A stretch of 36,073 bases of DNA from a virus, in IMG/VR virus record IMGVR_UViG_3300045988_182789, positions 1 through 36,073 of that record. One strand, 5' to 3'. Shown here piece by piece: positions 7,701-16,017 of this stretch. A program made the position numbers and the translations under genes. How positions within the stretch are numbered: the first letter of the stretch is position 1; each line of letters starts with the position of its first letter. The notes beneath the pieces were generated by a model that did not search any database, was not told where the DNA came from, and worked only from the letters and a program-made list of their open reading frames with translations.

Positions 7701-10700
7701 TTGGCTTCTCAAGCGAATAAATCAGATCTGCAGTCTCTCCAGCGCTTCCAGTACCTCTTTCTCCGTTTTGGACTTGCGAATCAGTTCCGCCACCCGCTCG
7801 GCTTCCTTCTCGTTGTTCGCGGCGTTGAAAAGTTTCTGCATTGTAGATTTCGAGTATCCCGTCCCAGTAACTATCGCTAATAATTCCTTTGCTTTCATAA
7901 ATCTTACTCCTAACTAAATCTATATCTGTCTCATTATCCAGTTTGATGCGTATAATTCGCGTAATTTTGGGGTTTTGATATGTTCCTTTGGCAAACACCA
8001 GCACATTGTTTATACCGAAGCGGTCGCTATGCATGTCGTTCACCGGAATTATGTACTCTCCGGCCGCTGTCTTATTCCGTCGGATTTCCGCAGTCAGGTT
8101 GTTCAGTTTGCTATTAAAGTCGCTGTACTCTCGATTGCTCAATACGTCGTTCGCCCTAACCCAGCCGTAATCATTATATTGCTTTTCAGTATAACTGTCT
8201 ATCTTTTTTAACGAGAATCGGTTATCTAAATTATTTTTATCGAAACTATTGACTTTTGCTTCACTCATGCGTATAATAATATCAGAGTCGTAGGTTGTAA
8301 GGGCTTGCGGGAATTGGACCCGTATTGTATCGTACAATTTACGGCTTTTTTCTTTATTCCAATATAACAGATTTTCTTGATTTATGTGTTTCAATATAAA
8401 TGAAGCAAAGCCATCTTTCCCGTAAAAACTAGTAACAAAATTACTCTTAATATCTATACCTAAATACATTCCGCTTCCGTCAGCCCTAACTGCCACCACT
8501 ACAGGACGTCCTTTGTCGTCAAGCATATCCGTTACCACGACAATACTCCGCGAGTCCGTCAAACTGTCAATGAGCATTACAGGATTCTGCAAGCGAATAG
8601 GCAACTGCTTTATTTTTTCTCGGCTTATTCCATGATAATTACCCTTACCAACCGTTTCTTCAGGTGTATTTATATCTCTTAAATGTTTTTGAGTTATCAG
8701 CATCGGCAAATCATCAAAACCAGCTTTTATTATCCACTCCGGCGTATGCTCACTTACCAAAACAGAATCGCCTTTAGGTAATTTTCTATCCAGCGCGCCG
8801 TCCACCTGCTCGGCAAACGGTTTCAATGAATAGCGCAATTCAGAATTTTTTTCAATATTTTTTGATTTTTCTGTTGACTTTTCAGTTTTTTCGCGTATAC
8901 TAATATTAGAGTCGGTAATTCTTAATGGAGCGGGCAATTGCAGCCCGTGGCGTGTTAAGAGTTCGCCGACTTTTTCTTTATTCGAATTTACGTATAATAT
9001 CCCGTCGTTGTCCGCGGCATATTCAAGCAAGCCTTTTACATTACGACCGTATGCGCTGGCCACAAAGTTGGTCTTTACCGTTACCGGCTTGTCTAAGTCT
9101 ATATCCAGATACACGCCGTCCTGATTTACCCATACGGGAACTATGAGTTCGCCCTTATCCGTCACGATCTCCGTAATAGCCACGACACTCTCATTGGGAT
9201 TGGTTTTGGATTTCAGTATAAACAGCGGATTCTGTATGGCCTCCGGAATCTGCTTGATGAGTTCCACGCTCATCTCCATATGCTTTTCCAGAATCTCCTT
9301 TACTTTGGAATTACGCATAAGCATAGGAGTTTTAGGAAACCCGAGCTTAACAAACACATCCGGCGTTTCTGATACATATAAGTCCAAGTTTGCAGAGCGC
9401 TTTCCCGCAAGCACGTCGTCCACCTGCTCGGCAAACGGTTTCAATGAATAACGCAATTCAGAATTTTTTTCAATATTTTTTGATTTTTCTGTTGACTTTT
9501 CAGTTTTTTCGCGTATACTAGTAGTAGATGGCGTCGCGCGTTCAAAGGGGTTCGCTCCTTCTGCGGCGTCTATCTTTTTGCCATTTTGTTCAGTTACAGT
9601 AAATTTTGTAGGTTTAAAATCAACCACGTCGTACAATATCATATTGCTGCCCGTAAAGCCGACTATCACATTTGCCGCGTACTGATTACCAGCGATATCC
9701 AACAGAACGTTGCCACGCGCAAATTCCTTAATATTGTCGTTTCGAGTGTGCTTTAACCCTTCGTTTACGTAACTATCCGAAGCAAGCACAATCTCATCTA
9801 AATGCCCGCTTGATTTCATTTTATCAATAAATATAGTATTTTTTGTAATATTTCCTTTCAGATATTGCGCATTTTTTGAATTTATATATTCATTTCTTGT
9901 TATTGCATTTACTTTTATCAACCTCCCACCTGCTATCGGGATTCCGTTGCTAAATTTTTTCATAGTGTCATATACGGTTTTCAATCTGTCTTTTTTAGAC
10001 ACTCCATCTAAAATATTATCCTTAATTAAGACAGCTTTTCTACCTGCGTTGATGTTAACAATACTATATCTTGCTTCTTCCCCCACCTCATTTGACTTGG
10101 TTTCAGAATTTTTTTCAATATTTTTTGATTTTTCTATTGACTTTTCAGCTCTTTCGCGTATACTAGTATTAGAGACAGTTTTTATCCTCGGTAGCGTTTC
10201 GGACGTTCTGTTCAGGGTTTCGGCATTGGGCGACTGAGAAGTAGACTGCTTTTCATTAGACCTTTCGTTAAAAATTGCCAACGATTCATGCAGTTGGTGA
10301 TTAACTTGCGGAAGGTCTTTTTTTATGTACTCGACGCGCTCGGCGCGCTTCTGCAAAAGGTTGCGCACATAATTGTCTTTTGCAGAGAAAGCCGATACAA
10401 CAAGATTGTACTTGCTGTACTTGGAATTGATGTCTTTGACGGTATTTAGCTCAATGGAGATTATGCCGCTGCTGCCCTTGTCGGTTTTCATTTCCGCAAG
10501 GATATTCAGCCGTCCGTTATCCATACGCACAATAGCGTCAGGATCGGAGATGAGCTGCGGCAACTGCGTCGTAATTTCCGCACCGAGATCATGATAATTC
10601 CCGTCAAGCGCACCGTCGGCGCGAGAGGCGAGATAAAGCGCGTCAAAGCGTATAATCACCTCCAAATCTTGCGCACCCTCCACGTTGTTGAGAATAACGT

Positions 10701-12825
10701 CGGGAGTGTGTTTCATTATAGAAATATACGAGTCCGCCGCCTTTGCAGCACGGGCGTCTGCGTCACTCATTGAGAGAATATCCTTCACGTTATTCTCAAA
10801 AGAACGATTGTTCATAAGAGAGAAGCGAATAGTCTCCGCCTGTCCCCTATTCGCCGCCTGTGCCTGTGCTTCCGCAGAGGCGTTTTCTGTTTCCAAATAC
10901 CGCTGATTGCGCGACGTTTCCTTTGCTTTAAAAGCGTTATCCATTGCAGTAATGCTTACGCCTCCGGTAGGATTATCCAAAGCTTTGGCAAGCTGTCTTT
11001 CCGCTTTTTTATAAAAGGCAATATTACTCCTGTCCCCGCCTTTAGAGACGAGGATTTTTATTTTATCCCTTACCCAGTCCAAAATCCGCTGTACGATATT
11101 CCTGTCGCGGTTTATAAGCCGCCGCAAAACAGCCTCGTCGGTGAGCATTTCCTTTGCGGCAAAATCCGCCACTATTTCCGTCTGCACTATGTACTGCAGG
11201 GTTTCAGGCGCAACGCCGTCATGCGCCGCCGAATAGTTTTGAATATATCTATCAATGTTATATTTATTTTTCAGAGCTTCGCTGGAATTGATTTCCTTTA
11301 ACACCGTATTGGCAAAACGCTCGTATTGCCTGCTACCCTCCAGGGTATGCACAAGCTCGTGCGAAGCGACATAGGAGCGCACGTCTCCGGCATCGGCTTT
11401 ACCCGACAAATAAGTTATACCGCTTTCACGGTCGTAAAAACCGTTAACGCCGTCGCTTAAACCGTCCGTGATAACATACTGTCCGTTGCCGTCGGATAAC
11501 AGCGTAACGTCCTTAACCGCTTGCGCTATATCCGGACGGATAGCGTTGGCGGTAGGCTTGTATTTTAGTTTATCTTTATCGATATTAGCGATATTTTCGC
11601 TGTATGCCTGAGCGTTGTATCCTTGCGACACGATACTGTTTTCAGATGCCGACTTTATACCGCCGTCGGCATTGAAATAATTTTCAAGTCCGTTGCGGGA
11701 AATAAATTCGCTTCTTTGCGCCGAATCCATTTTACGCAGATTGTCGGATAGCTTTTCACGCAAAGCGGTATTATCCAGAACCTTTCCGCCCTTTACGGCG
11801 GCCTGTGCGTTTTGTCCTTCGACGCGCTTAAATTCCGAAGCGTTTTCAATAGCGTTGAGATTATTAAAACCTTTTGCCTGTATAGCTCTGCCCGCTCTGT
11901 CCGCGCTGCCCAATACCGATCCGACCGTTCCGCCGACTAAAAAAGTATGCGGAAGCTGCTCGGGCAGATCGCCGTACTGCCGCTTTACCTCCTCCCAGCT
12001 GTTGACGCCCGTTATTCCTCTTAACGCCGGATCGATTATATCGCTGGCGACTTCCTCCAAGCCCTCGCCGACAAAGTTAGCGGCCAATTTTCCCGCCGTG
12101 CTTTTTGCGATTTGTTTTCCAAACATTTTGCCGGTGGCTTTGCCTAAAAGCTTGCCCGTGCCGCCGCTAATCTTTTCTACCAAACCTTCCACAAGTCCGC
12201 TTCCCGTGCCGTACAGCCATTCATTGCCGCTCAGTCCCTCATTCTGTTTAGCTGCGTCCGACACGCTCTGTCCCGCCGCGCTCGTCATAAACATACCGGT
12301 AGACAGCGCAGGGCCGATACCGGGTATTGCCGCTGCGCCTATACTCGGCAGCATACCGCCTACGCCGCTTGCCACGTCGCCCACAAACTGCATTACGCCG
12401 TCAGGATTATACCATTCATTAGCATGATCGTAGTTAATCCAATCGTTGCGCATCTGCTCGTCCGCCCACTCATCCTGCCCGAACAATTCGGCTACGCCGC
12501 CTACAACATAATCGCTGATTCCTTCCAAAGAACGCACCAAACCTAAGCCCAACTGCTCAATAGCATATCCCAAGCCGCCCCAGAAACCGCCTTTATTGGT
12601 TTCCTCCTCTGTCTTTTCGGCAACATTCTGCGTAATATTCTGATTTACGTCGTAAGCAGGCGTATAAGACTCAAATTCCGGCGTATTTTGAATGTAATTG
12701 CTTTCCGCGTTAATTTCCTCGTCGCGCGTCTTTAAACTCTTATCTCGGGCATATTTACGCTCCGCAAGTTTACGGTGATAATTTTCGACAGGATTCGACT
12801 TGTTTTTATTGAGATTATATATCAT
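4744..12825 (-). CDS. Giant polyvalent virion/ejection-type polyprotein (2,693 aa) with an embedded zincin-like metallopeptidase
   Basis: Single uninterrupted ORF. Gly-rich hydrophobic N-terminal region (aa ~78-310). HELVH motif at aa 489-493 (nt 11347-11361). Three paralogous ~180-aa modules (aa ~667-840, 1125-1300, 1331-1510) plus other modules joined by K/E-rich linkers. ~1,000-aa C-terminal region with hydrophobic segments. Confidence 0.8.
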   Translation of the reverse strand: MIYNLNKNKSNPVENYHRKLAERKYARDKSLKTRDEEINAESNYIQNTPEFESYTPAYDVNQNITQNVAEKTEEETNKGGFWGGLGYAIEQLGLGLVRSLEGISDYVVGGVAELFGQDEWADEQMRNDWINYDHANEWYNPDGVMQFVGDVASGVGGMLPSIGAAAIPGIGPALSTGMFMTSAAGQSVSDAAKQNEGLSGNEWLYGTGSGLVEGLVEKISGGTGKLLGKATGKMFGKQIAKSTAGKLAANFVGEGLEEVASDIIDPALRGITGVNSWEEVKRQYGDLPEQLPHTFLVGGTVGSVLGSADRAGRAIQAKGFNNLNAIENASEFKRVEGQNAQAAVKGGKVLDNTALREKLSDNLRKMDSAQRSEFISRNGLENYFNADGGIKSASENSIVSQGYNAQAYSENIANIDKDKLKYKPTANAIRPDIAQAVKDVTLLSDGNGQYVITDGLSDGVNGFYDRESGITYLSGKADAGDVRSYVASHELVHTLEGSRQYERFANTVLKEINSSEALKNKYNIDRYIQNYSAAHDGVAPETLQYIVQTEIVADFAAKEMLTDEAVLRRLINRDRNIVQRILDWVRDKIKILVSKGGDRSNIAFYKKAERQLAKALDNPTGGVSITAMDNAFKAKETSRNQRYLETENASAEAQAQAANRGQAETIRFSLMNNRSFENNVKDILSMSDADARAAKAADSYISIMKHTPDVILNNVEGAQDLEVIIRFDALYLASRADGALDGNYHDLGAEITTQLPQLISDPDAIVRMDNGRLNILAEMKTDKGSSGIISIELNTVKDINSKYSKYNLVVSAFSAKDNYVRNLLQKRAERVEYIKKDLPQVNHQLHESLAIFNERSNEKQSTSQSPNAETLNRTSETLPRIKTVSNTSIRERAEKSIEKSKNIEKNSETKSNEVGEEARYSIVNINAGRKAVLIKDNILDGVSKKDRLKTVYDTMKKFSNGIPIAGGRLIKVNAITRNEYINSKNAQYLKGNITKNTIFIDKMKSSGHLDEIVLASDSYVNEGLKHTRNDNIKEFARGNVLLDIAGNQYAANVIVGFTGSNMILYDVVDFKPTKFTVTEQNGKKIDAAEGANPFERATPSTTSIREKTEKSTEKSKNIEKNSELRYSLKPFAEQVDDVLAGKRSANLDLYVSETPDVFVKLGFPKTPMLMRNSKVKEILEKHMEMSVELIKQIPEAIQNPLFILKSKTNPNESVVAITEIVTDKGELIVPVWVNQDGVYLDIDLDKPVTVKTNFVASAYGRNVKGLLEYAADNDGILYVNSNKEKVGELLTRHGLQLPAPLRITDSNISIREKTEKSTEKSKNIEKNSELRYSLKPFAEQVDGALDRKLPKGDSVLVSEHTPEWIIKAGFDDLPMLITQKHLRDINTPEETVGKGNYHGISREKIKQLPIRLQNPVMLIDSLTDSRSIVVVTDMLDDKGRPVVVAVRADGSGMYLGIDIKSNFVTSFYGKDGFASFILKHINQENLLYWNKEKSRKLYDTIRVQFPQALTTYDSDIIIRMSEAKVNSFDKNNLDNRFSLKKIDSYTEKQYNDYGWVRANDVLSNREYSDFNSKLNNLTAEIRRNKTAAGEYIIPVNDMHSDRFGINNVLVFAKGTYQNPKITRIIRIKLDNETDIDLVRSKIYESKGIISDSYWDGILEIYNAETFQRREQREGSRAGGGTDSQVQNGERGTGSAGETADLIYSLEKPTEKVNSLREKGGDERNSLKNEITTYGNGMSVTQKPGKYSEVLTKVKIDKLSYGEMAKDTWTNFQINFSDAQTGIVKAGKKLGIEDIDAKTNYVRAAYNAANSMLDENQADISGKRVGDGLKKIFSPVYKKGEEYVKEFYTYLLLKHHADRIKVDKTVLGDLTAAEALQLAVQREIKYPEFKTLAAKVWKYNDNLLQYRVDTGLITAEAAAACRKLYPHYVPTFREGGSSGIGGLSGKYNLAVKSTLKTAKGSTLDIMPIDVIMARQTMEVVRAGRINQLKNSLYDALESRQNYSDMRVAGVERVNKVTEKLRLTAPVKAELYNTLDVDYSTMRDMNNQISFYKDGNRITLDVTPEVFAGFEDFAPNTVYRDKLIEVVAKGNTMFKKLVTSANPFFLVRNFFRDLQDSLFYTKHGIRRFLPSLAKAYKQIATKGEMWNEYLAAGGLSSGLFDYNTGIKRGGTGLKSLAERALNKLEYANMFIEQAPRLAEYMLSRQKGLSVEQSLLDSADVTTNFGRGGKTAKMLNRTVMPFLNPSIQGWSKLVRTVFGKKNVSQWIQLIVRSLLLGIGLTALNDLLNGDDEDYKAVSLRDKENYYLFNIGDGQFLKLPKGRVLSVFGSLYLRGKESAKGNANAWDGYLESAASAVSPVDNFTRTIFSPLTDAATNTTWYGGVIEGRGLQNLSPENRYDESTSEIAKALGKALNYSPKKIHYIIDQYSGVIGDIVLPMTTAKRERGLIASNFTVNTAVSNRYSGEFYDKLDEITYAKNDGDRNAAFKYRYLNDIAGEVSDMYAKRREIENSDLSQQDKSAQSEAVSVLISQTQKSAVKGLDVLDEILNSIDYDKRVAKLTQGFAYRQLTDDEKEKAAVKMYDYYYALAMNKAFGAELDRKQTICNMINDDRIFIYLAHISSLTADTDSNGNTINGSRKKKVETYVDGLPLSSLHKYLLMLLAGYKLGDIGKNKVAGYFNEAALDNSIRENLLSFVA
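8799..8902. repeat. Intragenic linker repeat, copy 1 (104 bp)
   Basis: 103/104 identical to 9417-9520. On the minus strand it encodes SIREKTEKSTEKSKNIEKNSELRYSLKPFAEQVD. Confidence 0.95.
9417..9520. repeat. Intragenic linker repeat, copy 2 (104 bp)
   Basis: Direct repeat of 8799-8902, 618 bp away, in frame. Confidence 0.95.
10102..10165. repeat. Intragenic linker repeat, copy 3 (partial, 64 bp, ~4 mismatches)
   Basis: Matches the TTCAGAATTTTTTTCAATATTTTTTGATTTTTCT...CGCGTATACTA core. Encodes SIRERAEKSIEKSKNIEKNSE. Confidence 0.85.
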
Positions 12826-12841
12826 TATATTATCCTCACAA

Positions 12842-12869
12842 TTGATTTATTAAAAAATTATGTTATAAT
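12842..12869 (+). promoter_or_regulatory. Promoter of the lipoprotein moron
   Basis: TTGATT (12842-12847), 16 nt containing TG, TATAAT (12864-12869). AAGGAAGGAAA ribosome-binding site. Confidence 0.6.
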
Positions 12870-12903
12870 AAGTAAAAAACTACATAAAAGGAAGGAAACT
12901 AAT

Positions 12904-13665
12904 ATGGAAAAGAAAATGAGATTTATTAACTTTTTATTTCTTGTTATGCTAATTGCTCTGTGCGGTTTACTTGGCGCTTGTTCAGATACGCCGCCCGATA
13001 CACCAGATGATATCACCCAGAATGATACAGCAGATATCAATACCGATAATTTCAACGCGCAGCAAGAACAAACTTTAATTGAAATAGACACAAGATTAAA
13101 CGACGTAAAATTACTTATTTCAACAAACGGAATGACAATGCCGACCTCAACGCTCAAAAATCTTAATTCTGCTAAAGAAAATGCTCATTTATTGATTTAC
13201 GATAAAGCTAAGACAAAAGATGATTTAACTAATATATTACAATGGGCAAGTTTATCGTTTTTACAAGAATATTATAATTGCGCTTTAAAACATTACGCAA
13301 TTTTATACAACAATCTTATACAACTAAAAGATGATTTTGAAGCAGAGCGACAAGCTATTGATAATAAAATTAGCGAGAACTATAGCAATTACATTATTGA
13401 ACAACGTTATTTAGCCGAAGAATTGGCTAGACAGGGATTAGATATAAATTCCGGGTACGGCGCTCAAAGAAAAAAAGAATTATATCAAAGTTATCAAAAG
13501 AAAAACAGCGAATTAGTAAAACAGAGCAATAAACTTGAAAGTAATTATCAAAACTATCTTAAAGACGTAAAAGCAACCGACGATCAAATTACTAAAACTG
13601 AAGAAAAACTTAAACAATGCAAACGCGACTTAGCAAAATATCAGGAAATCATAGATAAAATGTAA
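12904..13665 (+). CDS. Phage-encoded lipoprotein (253 aa), opposite-strand moron
   Basis: Signal peptide MEKKMRFINFLFLVMLIALCGLLGAC with lipobox LGAC. AT-rich. Own promoter. The real start is taken at ATG 12904, not the track start 12775. Confidence 0.8.
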   Translation: MEKKMRFINFLFLVMLIALCGLLGACSDTPPDTPDDITQNDTADINTDNFNAQQEQTLIEIDTRLNDVKLLISTNGMTMPTSTLKNLNSAKENAHLLIYDKAKTKDDLTNILQWASLSFLQEYYNCALKHYAILYNNLIQLKDDFEAERQAIDNKISENYSNYIIEQRYLAEELARQGLDINSGYGAQRKKELYQSYQKKNSELVKQSNKLESNYQNYLKDVKATDDQITKTEEKLKQCKRDLAKYQEIIDKM

Positions 13666-13671
13666 TTTATA

Positions 13672-13704
13672 GCGATAAAAAGCATTGCCGCTTAATGCCG
13701 GCAA
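13672..13704 (-). terminator. Minus-strand terminator after the 477-aa gene
   Basis: Stem TTGCCG (13685-13690) / CGGCAA (13699-13704), extendable with one mismatch. On the minus strand it is followed by GCTTTTTATCGC. Confidence 0.45.
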
Positions 13705-13710
13705 CGAAAA

Positions 13711-15144
13711 TTAAACTTTCGCCTCGTGCCAGCCGCCACGCGCATAAACATATAGTTTGCCGTTTTTTCGTTTCCACGCAAATCCACCCACGTTTTTAGT
13801 TTCACCTTCCGAGAGAGAATTAAATATTTGTTGGGTATAACTCGGATTGCCATTATCGTTATCAACGCTTTGCTCGCTCCAGTTTTTATCCACGTTATCG
13901 GAATCAATGGTCGCTTTATTTGTCGTTTTATAAAACCGTCCGTTGTAATAAACGTAATTATCGGCTTTTCCGGCGCCGTAATTCATGTTTATGACGGTGC
14001 CGTTATCTATTGCTCCTTCCTTTGCCTTTCCTATAATTTTATTGATATACTGGTCTTGTTGAGTCCCCTTTCCGGTTCCGTTGTATTTACCGAAGCTTTC
14101 TGCACCGGCTGTATCCAGAACAATACCCGCATAAGGATCAACTATACCGTATTTATTCTGAGTAGCGAAATCAGGAGCAGGATCCTTATACTCGTCGTTT
14201 TCAAAATTCAAACCGACTATTTTGGCAAGCTTTTCTTTCTGCTCTGCGTCAAGATATTGGTTTTCATTTATATTCTGCGCAATTTCTTTAAGCGAGTAAG
14301 TCTTATCCCCTGACAAATAATTTGTAATCATGTTGCCTATTTCGTTATAAGCAGCCGCTCTTTTTTCTTCTATTTCCTGAATATCAAGCTCGCTGTTAGC
14401 GTTTCTACGAGCGGATTCGGTCTCAAGAAGCTGGGACTGCGTATCGTTAAGCAACTCGCGCATATGTGAATTATATTCTCTCTGCGCATCCGCACGACTA
14501 TTTGCATACTGAGTATTAATATCCGACGCCGCCGACGTAGTAAGTCCGATATTAGTGTCCCAACCACTGCGCGCAAGCTGTTCCGTCAGATATTTCTTGG
14601 ATAATTCGGTAGAAACATAGGCATCCCTGAGCTGCTCGTACATATTATCACGCGCCTGCTCCTGCGAAGTCATGTAATTTTTATTAAGAATTTCATAAAC
14701 GTCAAAAGCGTCCCTGTCATTCTGGTACTTCTGCAACTCATATCCCTCCAGCCCGGAAGCGTCGTAATCGACCAAGCTACCGCCGTATTTATCGTTTAAG
14801 GGAGATAAATAATTTTCAAACAGCTCCGAATTATTATTTGTGCCGTTATTTGCAGACGACGTCGCGGAACCGCTGTTTCCTTTTGCAGAAATATCTTTAA
14901 CCGCCGCGGCAGAATTATTGTTTTGAGTATTATCAGAATCGATAACGGAGTCAGCCGCAGTATTAACATTTTTGTTTTTAACGGTACCGTTACCCAACCA
15001 ATCATTCATTGTGTACGGCTTATTGGCAACATTATTTGCCGCAATACCCTTGTCGCCGGAACCTGCCAATCCTAAAGCCTGCTGAGACACGCTTTTCAGT
15101 TCGTCAGCATCGGTTTTAACCTTTGTCATTCTGTTTGACGTCAT
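13711..15144 (-). CDS. Virion-associated protein of unknown function (477 aa), N/S/T-rich N-terminal part plus coiled coil
   Basis: GGAGGAG ribosome-binding site 7 nt before ATG 15144. Positioned after the fibre and membrane genes. No catalytic motif recognised. Confidence 0.6.
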   Translation of the reverse strand: MTSNRMTKVKTDADELKSVSQQALGLAGSGDKGIAANNVANKPYTMNDWLGNGTVKNKNVNTAADSVIDSDNTQNNNSAAAVKDISAKGNSGSATSSANNGTNNNSELFENYLSPLNDKYGGSLVDYDASGLEGYELQKYQNDRDAFDVYEILNKNYMTSQEQARDNMYEQLRDAYVSTELSKKYLTEQLARSGWDTNIGLTTSAASDINTQYANSRADAQREYNSHMRELLNDTQSQLLETESARRNANSELDIQEIEEKRAAAYNEIGNMITNYLSGDKTYSLKEIAQNINENQYLDAEQKEKLAKIVGLNFENDEYKDPAPDFATQNKYGIVDPYAGIVLDTAGAESFGKYNGTGKGTQQDQYINKIIGKAKEGAIDNGTVINMNYGAGKADNYVYYNGRFYKTTNKATIDSDNVDKNWSEQSVDNDNGNPSYTQQIFNSLSEGETKNVGGFAWKRKNGKLYVYARGGWHEAKV

Positions 15145-16015
15145 TGTAACACTCCTCCGATATAAAATTTATAATGTTGTGTTCTTTTGTTACGTCGGCT
15201 TTGAATTTATCAAGCTCATTAATCTGACGTATTGTTCTCGCACGCAGTTCATCAGTAACAAAAAAATATGTATTAACGCAATTCATGGCGCCCATAAGCA
15301 AAAATAAAGCAACCTGCAACAGTGTCCAAACGAATTCCGCCCATGAAAAATTAGCAATAAGATTAACCCCGTAACAACCGGCTAAAACAGACGTTGCCAT
15401 TTTACTTATTAAACCTGTACGGGCATTAGACTTACGATATTCCTTTCTGCCCTTTCCCATATTATAAGGATCGTCATCCATACCATCTCCGCTTGTCAGC
15501 GACGAAACAGTCAAAGGCGTTATGCGTTTTCTTAAAGCCTTACGGTAACAAATATAGCGCTTAAGCTCTTTCTTACGCTTTTCCTTATTTTTAAAATCAA
15601 ATGCAACCTCTCGGGAATTTCCTTGTTCATCGAAATAATCCTCGTATTTCATACCCTCCCTGGACAAAATCTTTCGGCGGGATTTTTTCAAAGCCTCGAT
15701 ATTTTTCTTATCGCACCATTCGTCCAACAAATTTATATAATCGCAAATGCTGTCCACGGTTTCTCCGTGTAGTTTATTTGTAGCCACTACTTTTTCATTT
15801 TGGTCGCCTTTTAAAAAACCTTGTTCCCCGAACATTTGAGTTATAAACAGCGAAAATAAAAGAGCTAGCGCTCCGTCTCCTATAATCTCGAACGGAGTTT
15901 TTCCAGTTTCGTTAATTGCAATCAATCCCCTTGCTATGTATGCCAAACATGCAATCGCAATTATTATCGGGATTATATTATTTCTGAAAAAATCCTTAAC
16001 TTTATTTTCGTCCAT
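15116..16015 (-). CDS. Integral membrane protein (299 aa; two N-terminal and two C-terminal hydrophobic helices, basic central loop)
   Basis: Hydrophobic segments IIPIIIAIACLAYIARGLI, ALALLFSLFITQMF, VLAGCYGVNLIANF and VWTLLQVALFLLMGAM. Confidence 0.65.
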   Translation of the reverse strand: MDENKVKDFFRNNIIPIIIAIACLAYIARGLIAINETGKTPFEIIGDGALALLFSLFITQMFGEQGFLKGDQNEKVVATNKLHGETVDSICDYINLLDEWCDKKNIEALKKSRRKILSREGMKYEDYFDEQGNSREVAFDFKNKEKRKKELKRYICYRKALRKRITPLTVSSLTSGDGMDDDPYNMGKGRKEYRKSNARTGLISKMATSVLAGCYGVNLIANFSWAEFVWTLLQVALFLLMGAMNCVNTYFFVTDELRARTIRQINELDKFKADVTKEHNIINFISEECYNDVKQNDKG

Positions 16016-16017
16016 AA

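Noticed and set aside
11693-12427. 244-aa + strand ORF and many other 60-130-aa ORFs antisense to the giant gene (for example 6040-6315, 7261-7650, 9143-9451)
   Set aside because: They are P/S/A/L-rich mirror-frame products of a long, compositionally biased gene. They have no ribosome-binding sites and all lie wholly inside the 8-kb ORF.
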